NCBI GenBank assembly: GCA_965206695.1
Contig: CBDBKM010000011.1
Span: forward strand, 384,001 to 448,000
Origin: Chlamydiales bacterium
Lineage (GTDB): Bacteria > Chlamydiota > Chlamydiia > Chlamydiales > JAAZZY01
DNA length: 64,000 bases
Direction: 5' to 3'
Shown piece by piece: positions 31,251-41,239 of the stretch. Below the pieces are notes generated by a model, which was not told the DNA's origin, ran no database searches, and worked only from the letters and a program-made list of their open reading frames with translations. The translations under genes and the position numbers were made by a program. Position 1 is the stretch's first letter. Each line of letters opens with the position of its first letter.

Positions 31251-32693
31251 ATGGAGTTTATTAAATTTGTTAGGTTATATTTTGCCTTTTTTTTAATCTA
31301 TTCTTTTACATCCGCACATTCCTATCCATTTGATACTAAATGGAATTGGGACCATATTAATACGGATGATATCTTATTTCCAAAAGATTTTCTTTGGGGC
31401 TCCGCAACGTCCGAATTTCAGAATTCAGGAGCTAATCTTTGCCGGAACAGTAATTGGTCGGAATGGGAAAAGAGCTTGGATCATAATCAAAATCCACGCA
31501 TTAAGGGGGGGAATCTCTCCGGGGATTCTTGCGACCACTGGAATAGATATGGAGAAGATATCACTCTAATGAAACATTTTGGATTGACCTCTTATCGTTT
31601 CTCTGTGGATTGGAGTTTAATTGAACCTGAAGATGGAGTAATCGATTATGAAGTACTTGAACACTATATAGACCTTTGTCAGGAATTAAAAGCAAATAAC
31701 ATAACCCCAATGATTACCCTTCATCATTTTAACCATCCTAAATGGTTTGAAGACATGGGTGGATTTGAAAAAGAAGAAAATATTAACTATTTTGTTGATT
31801 TTGCTACCTTAGTATTTGAACATTTAGGTTCTGAAGTTTCCTTATGGTGCACGATTAATGAACCGGGAATCTATGCTTTCATGGGATATTATCTTGGTGG
31901 ATTTCCACCCGGAAAAATGAATACAGGCTTAACCGCTATTGTTTTAAAAAATCTACTAAAAGCCCATTGCCAAGTTTATCACACATTAAAAGCTTTGCCG
32001 GGAGGTGATGAAGCTCAAATTGGACTCGTTCATAACGTCTTAAAATTCAGACCCTATTCTTCATGGAACCCTATTGAACTTATTTCCTGCTACCTTCTTT
32101 CATTTATCACTCATGATGCTATTCTGGAATTCTTAAAAACCGGGTACTTTAATTTTAACTTCCCCTTTTATGTAGATGTTGCTTTTGAAGATAAAGAGGC
32201 CCCAAATTCATATGATTTTATTGGGATCAATTTTTATTCTGATCCACTGATTATGTTGCAATGGGACTTCTACGAGCCTTTAATATCAACTTGTTATAGT
32301 AAAGAAGAAATGTCGGATGCTGAATATCGATTGTATCCACAAGGTATTTATCATGCTATTGTTGAATGTTCCGAATTAGGTGTTCCTATCTATATCACTG
32401 AAAATGGCATTGCTGATGCTCAAGACAATCGCCGCGGTACTTTTATTAAACGTTACATATTCGCTATATCGCAAGCCTTAAAAGATGGGTATGATGTAAA
32501 AGGTTACTTTTATTGGACGTTAATTGATAATTTCGAATGGGCAGAAGGCTATTCCTTAAAATTTGGTCTTTTTGAATTCGATTATGAGACTAAAGAACGA
32601 ACCATGCGTGAAGGGGCCAGGTCATACAAAGATATTATCGAAGGCTGGCGTGACTATTGGTCTTTGGAACTTTCTCATTGTTTTTCTCCTTAA
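31251..32693 (+). CDS. Glycoside hydrolase family 1 (beta-glucosidase-like) with probable signal peptide
   Basis: FPKDFLWGSAT, TINEP and ITENG catalytic motifs, DNFEWAEG; ATG at 31251 after gagga. Confidence 0.94.
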   Translation: MEFIKFVRLYFAFFLIYSFTSAHSYPFDTKWNWDHINTDDILFPKDFLWGSATSEFQNSGANLCRNSNWSEWEKSLDHNQNPRIKGGNLSGDSCDHWNRYGEDITLMKHFGLTSYRFSVDWSLIEPEDGVIDYEVLEHYIDLCQELKANNITPMITLHHFNHPKWFEDMGGFEKEENINYFVDFATLVFEHLGSEVSLWCTINEPGIYAFMGYYLGGFPPGKMNTGLTAIVLKNLLKAHCQVYHTLKALPGGDEAQIGLVHNVLKFRPYSSWNPIELISCYLLSFITHDAILEFLKTGYFNFNFPFYVDVAFEDKEAPNSYDFIGINFYSDPLIMLQWDFYEPLISTCYSKEEMSDAEYRLYPQGIYHAIVECSELGVPIYITENGIADAQDNRRGTFIKRYIFAISQALKDGYDVKGYFYWTLIDNFEWAEGYSLKFGLFEFDYETKERTMREGARSYKDIIEGWRDYWSLELSHCFSP

Positions 32694-32866
32694 TTAAAAA
32701 AATAGTTAATTCATTAAATTAACAAATGCTTACACCTGTTATAGCTCTCCCGGTTCCTTCTTCACGTTTAGCTCGTTTTAAAGTCCTTCAATCATCTGTC
32801 TGTCTCTACAGCTTTATAAACAATCTTATCAGAAACCACTAAAGATTTAAAGCGCAACAAGTCTAC

Positions 32867-33373
32867 TCAAGAAATCGACTCAATAGCCTCTATGACTTTG
32901 TCATAATCCGGTTCATGAGAAACCTCTAAAACTTGTTCTGTATAAATGATCGTATTGGCTCTGTCTACTACTAACACAGCTCGAGATAATAAACCCTGCA
33001 AAGGACCATCCGAGAATTCCACACCATAATCACTTCCAAAAAAGCTTCTAAAAGCTGACAACGTCTCAACATTTTTTAGCCCCTCAGCATCACAACATCT
33101 TTGATAAGCAAATGGTAAATCTTTCGAAATATTTAAAATGATAATATCATCACGTTTGGCAAGGGCTTCATGAAATTTTTTAACTGATAAAGCACAGACA
33201 GGAGTATCAATACTGGGGAAAATATTTAATACCTTAATTTTTGCCTGATAGTTCATTAAGCTAGCTTCCGATAAATCTTGTTTGACTAATAGAAAATCCG
33301 GCGCCTTTGCATTTATTTCAGGCAATGCTGAAACAGTATGAATGGGTTTTCCTTTTAAAGTGACTTCCGCCAT
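32867..33373 (-). CDS. tpx: Thiol peroxidase
   Basis: FPSIDTPVC, ISKDLPFA and LLSRAV motifs; start MAEVTLKG after ggagg. Confidence 0.94.
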   Translation of the reverse strand: MAEVTLKGKPIHTVSALPEINAKAPDFLLVKQDLSEASLMNYQAKIKVLNIFPSIDTPVCALSVKKFHEALAKRDDIIILNISKDLPFAYQRCCDAEGLKNVETLSAFRSFFGSDYGVEFSDGPLQGLLSRAVLVVDRANTIIYTEQVLEVSHEPDYDKVIEAIESIS

Positions 33374-33397
33374 ATTTCCCTCCAAAAATTTCATGAT

Positions 33398-33697
33398 TTG
33401 ACTGCTCCCGACCCTCAAAAGAAGGGGAGATTCCTAATTCAACGATCACGGCCCGCGGAACAAAACTTGGTTTTTGCAATAAAAATTCCCAAAGGGGAAT
33501 TTTTACGATCTTCAACCACCCCATGCTCCCCGGGCCTGATATGATCTCCAAAGGCTTAGCTTACTGCCTGCCTCACGGTAGACTAAAAACCGGGAATAGT
33601 ATACAAAATACGAGAATTAACAAGAATACGAAACAGCACTTTAATCGAGATGCTCTCATCCCAATGCTAAAGCAAAGGGTTTTATCGTTTAATTGTC
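33398..33697 (-). mobile_element. Complete non-autonomous IS200/IS605-type element (left end plus long omegaRNA-like right end)
   Basis: Minus strand reads TTAT|gacaattaaacgataaaaccctttgctttagcattgggatg...gggagcagTCAA; the left end is shared with 63478-63525 and 59774-59824. Confidence 0.75.
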
Positions 33698-33728
33698 ATA
33701 AATAAGAATGATGATTTAGAATTACGAC

Positions 33729-33806
33729 ACTCACCTTACACACACCTTGTACTAAGCAAGCTATAGAATCAAATGCTCTTGACGAGAGTGCGTGCGTAAG
33801 GTGAGT
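33729..33806. mobile_element. 78-bp MITE, copy 2
   Basis: Same termini and length as copy 1; imperfect flanking repeat tacga. Confidence 0.85.
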
Positions 33807-33854
33807 TACGAAAAACAGATATAGAATAAAACTAAAAAAACCCAATTCTCACTT

Positions 33855-34526
33855 GTGAATTACTTTCATCCTTTTAAGATACAAAAAAACCTTTTAAACC
33901 ATAAGATCAATTTTTCACCTAAAGGTAACAATTCTGTTCGAACCTTTTCTATTACTGAATTCGAAAAGGAATTTAATTTCAATTATACCCCCCAACTAAT
34001 TGTAGAAGATCAAAAAATATACTTGCGTGCTAAAAAAAAATGTTCTCAGTTACTAGAGCGCCTTTTTTTTCAAAAAAAGCTTCGCTGGCTAGGTACCTAT
34101 TATAGAAAACCTCTTGACGAATGCCAAATAATCGATATGGAAATTAAATGGATTAATAATCTTATAGAATATGGGGCTTTTGCGACTCACAAGATAAAAA
34201 AATCCGAATATATCGGTGAATATACCGGTATTTTATCTAAAAAAAAATTCTTCAATTATAACTTATCCGCTAATAATTATACATTTTCCTATATCACCTC
34301 TATCATATCCCCTCGTCAGTTCTATATTGATTCTAAAAATTATGGAAATGAAACACGTTTTATCAATCATAGTGATTGCCCCAATTGTGAATCCGCAAGT
34401 TTGCTGTATGATGGAATCATTCGAGTTATCATCTATGCAATTATTAACATATACCCGGGAACGCAATTAACCATGGATTATGGCCCCGGGTATTGGAAAC
34501 ATCGAAATAAAGTCTTTAATCATTGA
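33855..34526 (+). CDS. SET-domain protein-lysine methyltransferase (chlamydial NUE-like)
   Basis: YGAFA, IGEYTG, GNETRFINHS and QLTMDYGPGYW motifs. Confidence 0.9.
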   Translation: MNYFHPFKIQKNLLNHKINFSPKGNNSVRTFSITEFEKEFNFNYTPQLIVEDQKIYLRAKKKCSQLLERLFFQKKLRWLGTYYRKPLDECQIIDMEIKWINNLIEYGAFATHKIKKSEYIGEYTGILSKKKFFNYNLSANNYTFSYITSIISPRQFYIDSKNYGNETRFINHSDCPNCESASLLYDGIIRVIIYAIINIYPGTQLTMDYGPGYWKHRNKVFNH

Positions 34527-34596
34527 AGCCTGCACGAACGCAGTCGACCCGCAAGTAACGGTTGTGAAGTCTGCGGAACAGAAGAACGTAAAGCGC
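34523..34596. repeat. ~74-bp GC-rich dispersed repeat, copy 1
   Basis: ttgaagcctgcacgaacgcagtcgacccgcaagtaacggttgtg...ggaacagaagaacg aligns with 43899-43973. Confidence 0.8.
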
Positions 34597-34598
34597 CA

Positions 34599-34969
34599 AC
34601 AATTCCCGTTAAATAATTTTTCGCAATGATGTATACTTTTTTTTCATTATTTTTTTTTAAAATGGAGAAAAAAATATGGCAGTGCATTCTATTGAGAAAA
34701 CCCGGCTTTCGGCTAAAGAGATGTTGTTAAAGGTTCGTTCCGTATTTAATCAGATTCCCAATAAAGACCGAGATGCAAGAGGTTTAAAAGCAAAAATTAC
34801 ATTATCTGATTGTTTGATGTCCGGTTTAGCCGTTTTTGGATTAAAGTTTCCTTCACTTCTACAATTCGATGAAGAACGTCAAGATGAGATCATTCAACAT
34901 AATTTAAGCACTCTTTACAATATTACAAATATTCCTTCCGATACTTATATAAGAGAACGACTTGATTAA
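34599..34969 (+). pseudogene. Truncated DDE transposase (ISNCY-like) with left end
   Basis: SDCLMSGLAVFGLKFPSLLQFD...PSDTYIRERLD; the end attcccgttaaataatttttcgcaatgat recurs at 44016. Confidence 0.7.
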
Positions 34970-34981
34970 AATAAAGGATTT

Positions 34982-36112
34982 GTGATGAAAGCTGTCAAGT
35001 TAAGATTCTATCCGACTCTCAAACAGAGACGGCCATTGGCCCATGAGTTTGGTTGTTCTAAATTTGTATACAATTGGGCTTTAAAACGAAGAAGCTCTTT
35101 GTATCAAGAAGAAAAAAAATCTATCAATTGGATTGGTCTTAGTAGAGAGTTAACACAGCTAAAAAAAGAGAAGCTATTCTTAAAAAATGTATCTGCTACA
35201 AATTTGTGTAATACCCTTAAGGGTTTGGAGTCGGGATTTCAAAAATTTTTTAAGAAGCAGGGCAAATACCCAATATTTAAAAAGCGAAAAAGTTCTTGTG
35301 TTTACACATTAGATAAACGCCAAGGTATAAATATTTTTATCAACGGAACCGGATTAAGGCTTCCAAGATTAGGAGAACTTAGAGTTAATTGGCATGATAC
35401 TATACCTTGTTTTCCAAATAGTGCAACGCTATCTAAAAATTGTGCTGATGAATGGCATGTTTCGCTTCAAGTGGATATGAACCGTACAAAAGAAGCTACG
35501 ACAACAAACGCAAGAATAGGATTAGATCTTGGACTAAAAACTTTTGCAACTGACAGCAATGGGAAAAGATATAAACCTCTTAAAGTTTTAGGAAGGTTTC
35601 TAAAAAAATTTAGAAAAAAATCAAGATGTCTTTCAAAAAGAGTGAAAGGCTCGAAAAACAGAAGAAAAGCACGCAAGAAACCGGGTAAGCTCCACCGGCG
35701 AATAGCAGATAAGAGGCAAGACTACTTGCACAAGTTGAGTACTTCTATCGTACGCGAAAACCAAGTAATAGCGCCGGAAGACCTGCATGTGCGTGGCATG
35801 ATGGCCAATAGTAGATTGAGTCGATCGATCGGGGACGCCGGATGGAGTGAATTTAGGAGACAAATCGAGTATACATCAAGATGGTATCAAAGGGATTTGT
35901 ATATCATCGGAAGATATGAGCCTACAAGTAAAACTTGTCATAAATGCGGTCATATTAAGAAAGATCTTGTCTTAAGTGTGCGTTCGCGGCAGTGCGAAAA
36001 ATGTGGAATCAAGCATGACAGAGATATCAATGCCGCAAGAAATATATTACTCACCGCAACAAGTGCGGGAAGTGCCTGTGGAGCGTCAAATAAACCGAAA
36101 GTAGCCGCTTAG
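34982..36112 (+). CDS. tnpB: RNA-guided endonuclease TnpB, full length
   Basis: KLRFYPT N-terminus, RuvC-I GLDLG, RuvC-II EDL, CxxC...CxxC zinc finger, RuvC-III HDRDINAA. Confidence 0.95.
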   Translation: MMKAVKLRFYPTLKQRRPLAHEFGCSKFVYNWALKRRSSLYQEEKKSINWIGLSRELTQLKKEKLFLKNVSATNLCNTLKGLESGFQKFFKKQGKYPIFKKRKSSCVYTLDKRQGINIFINGTGLRLPRLGELRVNWHDTIPCFPNSATLSKNCADEWHVSLQVDMNRTKEATTTNARIGLDLGLKTFATDSNGKRYKPLKVLGRFLKKFRKKSRCLSKRVKGSKNRRKARKKPGKLHRRIADKRQDYLHKLSTSIVRENQVIAPEDLHVRGMMANSRLSRSIGDAGWSEFRRQIEYTSRWYQRDLYIIGRYEPTSKTCHKCGHIKKDLVLSVRSRQCEKCGIKHDRDINAARNILLTATSAGSACGASNKPKVAA

Positions 36113-36222
36113 CGGTAATGATAGGGACGTGTTGAAACAGGAAAAGCGCAGCGAAGAAACCTTGCAGGACGCAAGTAGCCGGACGTAGTCAGCGATTCTA
36201 AGCGTTAGCCGGCGTCTCGGAT
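36053..36222 (+). ncRNA. Predicted omegaRNA scaffold / right end of full-length tnpB
   Basis: GC-rich segment overlapping the tnpB 3' end (gcctgtggag...gttgaaacaggaa); the 3' boundary is set by the second copy at 15974-16086. Confidence 0.7.
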
Positions 36223-36302
36223 CGCATATCCTCTTCTAAAATTTTTCTGCTGTACTTGGTACACCGGATAACATGTATAGCTAAGATTAAAAATAGCTGT
36301 TT

Positions 36303-36922
36303 TTGAATTTTTCCGTCTTTCCATGCTTGAAAATATCAAGAAAATATCTCCTATTCACAAATTTTCTGAGCAACCTGAAGCGAGAAAAGGATTTTCTTTG
36401 GTTAAATGAAGTCTCTTCAGTTTGTTTACAACAAAGCTTGAGAGATTTCGATATATCATATATCAACTTCTTTAAAAAAAGACCTGAGTTTCCAAAGTTT
36501 AAGAATAAGCATTCGCGTCAATCTATTCGCCTGACAAAATTAGCATTTAGTTGGGATGGGACGCATCTTAAAATTGCACAATCTAACCGGGCATTAAATA
36601 TACGTATTTCTCGACAGTTTTTAACTTTTTTAAAATATAAAAGCGAGTGGTACGGGAGAAATATAGTAGCATTAGACCACTATTTTTCCGATACACAAAA
36701 GTGTTCTGCATGCAGTCATAAACAAGGGAACATATCCCCCGACATAAGAATCCGGGAGTGCTCAAATTGTAAAATTAAGCATAACAGAGATTTTAATGCA
36801 TCATATAATATATATAGGGCAGTCGGTAATTTAAGCCTGTGGAGATCATGTTAGACTCACTCTTTTGTTAGCTGTAGTCTGTGAATGAAAAATCTCTTCC
36901 CTTTAAGGTTAGAAGCTGTCAA
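36303..36922 (+). pseudogene. tnpB: Internally deleted tnpB with right end/omegaRNA (36814-36922)
   Basis: WLNEVSSVCLQQSL, PKFK, YKSEWYG, CSAC..CSNC and HNRDFNAS retained; RuvC-I/II missing; module ends gctgTCAA. Confidence 0.85.
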
Positions 36923-36957
36923 CATTGAATATATCATAAAACAATTCTTTTTTTTAA

Positions 36958-38088
36958 ATGCAAAAAAATAATAAACAATATGCTCTTGATTTATCTCATC
37001 ATGAATGGCAAGAATGGTGTTCAAAGATTAGAGTGTTTCCATATACAAGTCGACAAATTTTAAAGTGGTTATTTGAAAAACAAATAACCGATCCAAACCT
37101 TTTTACCAATCTCCCTAAGCATTTAAGAGAACAACTTATAACATCCTTTGATTGGCGCCTGCCAACAATCGATACTCTTTTAAAATCTTCAGTTGATAAC
37201 AGTCAAAAATTTTTATTAAAAACTCATGATAACAATTATGCGGAATGCGTTCTTATGCCTGAGAACAACCGTATAACACTATGCGTTAGTAGCCAGGTAG
37301 GATGTAAGTTAGCCTGTACATTCTGTCAAACAGGTCGTTTAGGCTTCTTTAGAAACCTAACTTCGGGCGAAATCCTATCTCAAATATTAATAGGTAATCA
37401 GATTTTAAAAAAACAAGATACGAATCGAAAAATCACTAATATTGTTTTTATGGGAATGGGAGAACCATTAGACAATTACGACCAAGTGGTTAAAGCTTGT
37501 CACATCATGGTTGATAAACAATTATTGAGTTTAAGCAATCATAGAGTAACTATTTCAACCGCCGGAATCGTTCCTAAGATTAAACAGTTAGGGGAAGAAT
37601 TACCTGTAAATCTAGCTATTTCTTTGCATTCTGCCGACAATGCCCATCGTAGTAGTATGATGCCTATTAACCGTATGTATCCATTGGAAGAATTGAAAAC
37701 AGTCCTATTAGACTATCCGATTCAAACTCGGCATGGCATAACTTTTGAATATGTTATGATCCATAATGAAAATGACACACTGGCACATGCTAAAAAATTA
37801 GTTACTTTTTTACATGGCCTTAAAGCAAAAGTTAATTTAATTCCAATGAACCCTCATCCGGGAAATATTATGGAAGCCGCTATTCCAAAACAAATTAAAA
37901 TTTTTCAACAGTATTTAAGCGATCGTTCCATCCCCGCTCCTATCCGCTATAGTAGAGGTCAAGATATTAGTGCAGCATGTGGGCAGCTTGCCCTTAAACG
38001 AAAAGATGAATTAAATCTCCCTCCCAAAGAAATTTCTATAGCACGAAGACGTGAACAAAAAATTCTTAATCAACTTCTCTATCAATAA
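36958..38088 (+). CDS. rlmN: 23S rRNA/tRNA m2A methyltransferase RlmN
   Basis: CVSSQVGCKLACTFC, MGMGEP and DISAACGQL motifs. Confidence 0.96.
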   Translation: MQKNNKQYALDLSHHEWQEWCSKIRVFPYTSRQILKWLFEKQITDPNLFTNLPKHLREQLITSFDWRLPTIDTLLKSSVDNSQKFLLKTHDNNYAECVLMPENNRITLCVSSQVGCKLACTFCQTGRLGFFRNLTSGEILSQILIGNQILKKQDTNRKITNIVFMGMGEPLDNYDQVVKACHIMVDKQLLSLSNHRVTISTAGIVPKIKQLGEELPVNLAISLHSADNAHRSSMMPINRMYPLEELKTVLLDYPIQTRHGITFEYVMIHNENDTLAHAKKLVTFLHGLKAKVNLIPMNPHPGNIMEAAIPKQIKIFQQYLSDRSIPAPIRYSRGQDISAACGQLALKRKDELNLPPKEISIARRREQKILNQLLYQ

Positions 38089-38100
38089 TAATTTTATATT

Positions 38101-39004
38101 AGACTTCTTTCGAAACTAATTTTTTGATAATAATATTCTTGTTAAAATAAGTGAGGATAACATGAAGTTTGAAACAGTTAAAAGTTTAGACGACGAAAAA
38201 TTTCGTCGGCTAACGGGCATTAAGAAAGCTACATTTGATAGGATGCAGTTGATTTTAGAAGAATCGAACAAACTCAAAAAAGTTAAAGGTGTTAGGAAGA
38301 ACAAACTAAGCATAAAGGATATGCTGCTTATGACTCTAGAATATATCCGAGAATACGGGACTTATTTCCATGTGAGTCAAAGTTACGGTGTTAGTGAGAG
38401 TACTGCCTATAAAACTGTAAGGTGGGTCGAGGATACATTAATCAAGCACCCTGATTTCTCTTTGCCCGGACGCAAAGCTCTTCTAAAGAGCGATGTTGAA
38501 TATGACGTTATTTTAATCGATGCAACAGAAACGCGTATTGAAAGGCCAAAAAAAAACAGAAGTATTTTTACTCAGGAAAAAAGAAAAAATATACGCTAAA
38601 AACTCAGGTTGTTGTGAAGAAGAAGACGCAACAAGTAATCTGTACGGCATTCTCGAATGGCAAGCTACATGATTTCAGATTATTCAAAGAGTCAAAAATA
38701 CAAATCCGTCCGGAAATAAATGTGTTGACTGATACCGGATATCAAGGTCTACAAGATATTCACTCTAAGACCCAAATGCCAAAGAAAAAAAGTAAAAAGA
38801 AGCCATTGACTAAAGAGGATAAGAAACGCAATCGACAGCTTTCCAAAGAACGAGTTCTCAATGAACATGTCATTGCCCGTTTAAAGCGATTCAAGATTAT
38901 AACTGATCGTTACGGAAATAGGCGTAAAAGGTTTGCTCTTCGTTTTAATCTAATTGCCGGTATTTACAATTTGGAGTTGGCACAATGAGTTTCGAAAGAA
39001 GTCT
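38101..39004 (+). mobile_element. IS5-family (ISL2/IS702-like) element, two ORFs with A-run frameshift
   Basis: 17-bp perfect TIR agacttctttcgaaact; 3-bp TSD att; IDATE, DTGYQG and RVLNEH motifs. Confidence 0.92.
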
Positions 39005-39022
39005 ATTATCTATTTTATGATT

Positions 39023-39110
39023 CGGCTCTTTCAACATCGAAGTGCAACAAATAGGAGAAATTTGAGGTTTAATGAGGTGCCTACTTGTTGCACTTCATAT
39101 TTGACAAGGC
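39023..39110. mobile_element. IS30-derived miniature element
   Basis: caacatcgaagtgcaacaa and ttgttgcacttcatatttg, IS30-like TIRs about 35 bp apart. Confidence 0.7.
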
Positions 39111-39221
39111 AAGGTGTTAATTAAAGCCATTCGAAAGTTTTTTCACTATTATTTTATCGATGATAAAATATATTTTTGATAATCTTGATTTTTTTTAAAT
39201 AAGTATTAAAAAGAGATAACG

Positions 39222-39692
39222 ATGCCGGCAGTTCTTTTTGTTTGCCTAGGTAATATTTGTCGATCGCCTGCAGCGGAAGCCATTTTACATTTTTATGCTA
39301 AGCGTAATTACCCTGAAGATTATACTCATGTTAAAAGTTGTGGTCTAGCTGATTGGCATTTAGGAGAGTTGCCGGATCCTCGCATGCAAAAGGCTCTGAA
39401 GAAAAAGGGTTTTAAATCCTATACAAGAGCAGAGCAATTTAAACCCCTATTTTTTGATAGTTTTGATTATATCCTTGCCTCAGATTTGGATATTATGAAG
39501 AAACTTTTAGAGTTCGCTAAATCAAAACAAAATCGAGAAAAAGTTTCTCTAATGACAGAATTTTCTCCTGAATTAGAAGGGAAAGATATTCCGGATCCTT
39601 ATTACGGAAAAGAAAAAGATTTTGACGAGGTTGTCAGTATTTTAGAAACAGTATGTCAGGATATCCTGCATTATATTTTTAAGAAACAATAA
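39222..39692 (+). CDS. Low molecular weight protein-tyrosine phosphatase
   Basis: VCLGNICRSP and DIPDPYYG motifs. Confidence 0.95.
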   Translation: MPAVLFVCLGNICRSPAAEAILHFYAKRNYPEDYTHVKSCGLADWHLGELPDPRMQKALKKKGFKSYTRAEQFKPLFFDSFDYILASDLDIMKKLLEFAKSKQNREKVSLMTEFSPELEGKDIPDPYYGKEKDFDEVVSILETVCQDILHYIFKKQ

Positions 39693-39779
39693 CAGATGTT
39701 GTCGGGATAATTTTTCTGGCATATTTTTTTCATAGTCTTTATAATCTTTATAATTTTTCATTTCACCTTCTGTAGAATT

Positions 39780-41120
39780 ATGACAGTTAATCATATTATC
39801 CAATCTATTAATGAACACCTTACTTTTTTTGTGGTGTTCCCTCTTATGACGATATTTGGAATTTATCTAACAATACGTCTTAGATTCATTCAATTTTTTA
39901 AATTAAAATTAGCTTGTAAGCACCTAATCAAAAAAGAAAAAAATGCAGAAGGCGATATTTCTCATTTTGAAGCTCTATCAGCAGTGTTAGCCGGTAATTT
40001 AGGAACAGGTAATATTTCAGGTGTGGCCATTGCCTTAACTTTTGGAGGTCCGGGAGCCGTGATATGGATGTGGTTTATGGCATTTATGGGAGCTATTATC
40101 AATTATGCCGGATGTTTTTTGGGTGTAAAATATCGCCAAAAAAATGAGAATAACGAGTATGTGGGTGGCCCTATGTACTATTTACATAAAGGACTGAGAT
40201 TAAAATCAGTTGCTGTTGGATTTGCCTTATTCACCATTGTTTCTTCTTTGACAGCAGGAAATTTAGTGCAGGTTAATTCGATTAACCTCCCTTTACAAGC
40301 TTTAGGCGTCTCACCTTATTTAATTGGTTTTTCCATGCTTATTTTTACATTCATAGTCATTATCGGAGGGATGAAGCGTATTGCAAAAGTAGTATCAGCA
40401 GTGGTTCCTTTAATGACGTTCATGTATTTAATTGGAGCATGTATCATTTTATTCTTCTTTAGAAAAGAAATTATTCCGGCCTTTTCTTTAATATTTGCTT
40501 GTGCCTTTAAACCTTCGTCGGCAGCCGGTGGATTACTGGGCTTTGGTTTAATAAAAGTAGTAAGTTCCGGTTTTGAAAGAGCTATTTTTGCAACAGATGC
40601 AGGTACCGGTTTAGTACCTGTTTTACAATCAAGTGCCCGTACAAAAAGCCCTGTTTTAGAAGGTGTTATTTCTATGATAGCTCCTTTTTTTGTTATGGTC
40701 ATTTGCACCATTACAGGGCTCATCTTAATTGTAACGGGAGCTTGGAATATAAACGGCTTGGAAAGCACTAACATGTGTATCTGGGCATTTAAAAAAGGAT
40801 TACATGTTTCCCGGTCAGAATATCCGGTTATTATTGCTCTTTTTTTATTTGCTTTTACAACTATTTTAGCGTGGTGTTGCTGCGCAGAAAAAGCTGTGGC
40901 CTATCTTTTTGGAACGCATCGCATACGCACCTTTCAATTATTCTTTGTTGCCATGATACCAATTGGCGTTTTTGCAAGCGTGGATATAGTCTGGGCTTTA
41001 GCAGATATTTCCATCGCCTGTATGCTGATTTGTAATATGATTGGGATAATCGGTTTGTCAGAGCAGGTAATTAATGAAAGTCATGCCTATTTTTCAGAAC
41101 CGGCGCCTAGTATCAATTAA
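39780..41120 (+). CDS. Alanine/glycine:cation symporter (AGCS family)
   Basis: GTGNISGVA, GGPGAVIWMW and GGPMYYL motifs; many TM segments. Confidence 0.94.
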   Translation: MTVNHIIQSINEHLTFFVVFPLMTIFGIYLTIRLRFIQFFKLKLACKHLIKKEKNAEGDISHFEALSAVLAGNLGTGNISGVAIALTFGGPGAVIWMWFMAFMGAIINYAGCFLGVKYRQKNENNEYVGGPMYYLHKGLRLKSVAVGFALFTIVSSLTAGNLVQVNSINLPLQALGVSPYLIGFSMLIFTFIVIIGGMKRIAKVVSAVVPLMTFMYLIGACIILFFFRKEIIPAFSLIFACAFKPSSAAGGLLGFGLIKVVSSGFERAIFATDAGTGLVPVLQSSARTKSPVLEGVISMIAPFFVMVICTITGLILIVTGAWNINGLESTNMCIWAFKKGLHVSRSEYPVIIALFLFAFTTILAWCCCAEKAVAYLFGTHRIRTFQLFFVAMIPIGVFASVDIVWALADISIACMLICNMIGIIGLSEQVINESHAYFSEPAPSIN

Positions 41121-41239
41121 TATTTTATATTCCTAATACGTTTTAATTATTTAATATACTTGATGATTATAGTTGAAACAATTATTCTTTTATTGTCTCC
41201 ATTAAATATTGATTACACTGATATAAAGGTCTTTTTCGC

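Noticed and set aside
33374..33418. Extended tpx N-terminus (MRVGSSQ...)
   Set aside because: Read from the mobile-element right end; Tpx homology starts at MAEVTLKG.
34982..36112. TnpB as Cas12f or a nuclease-dead TldR
   Set aside because: No CRISPR array is nearby and all three RuvC acidic residues are present.
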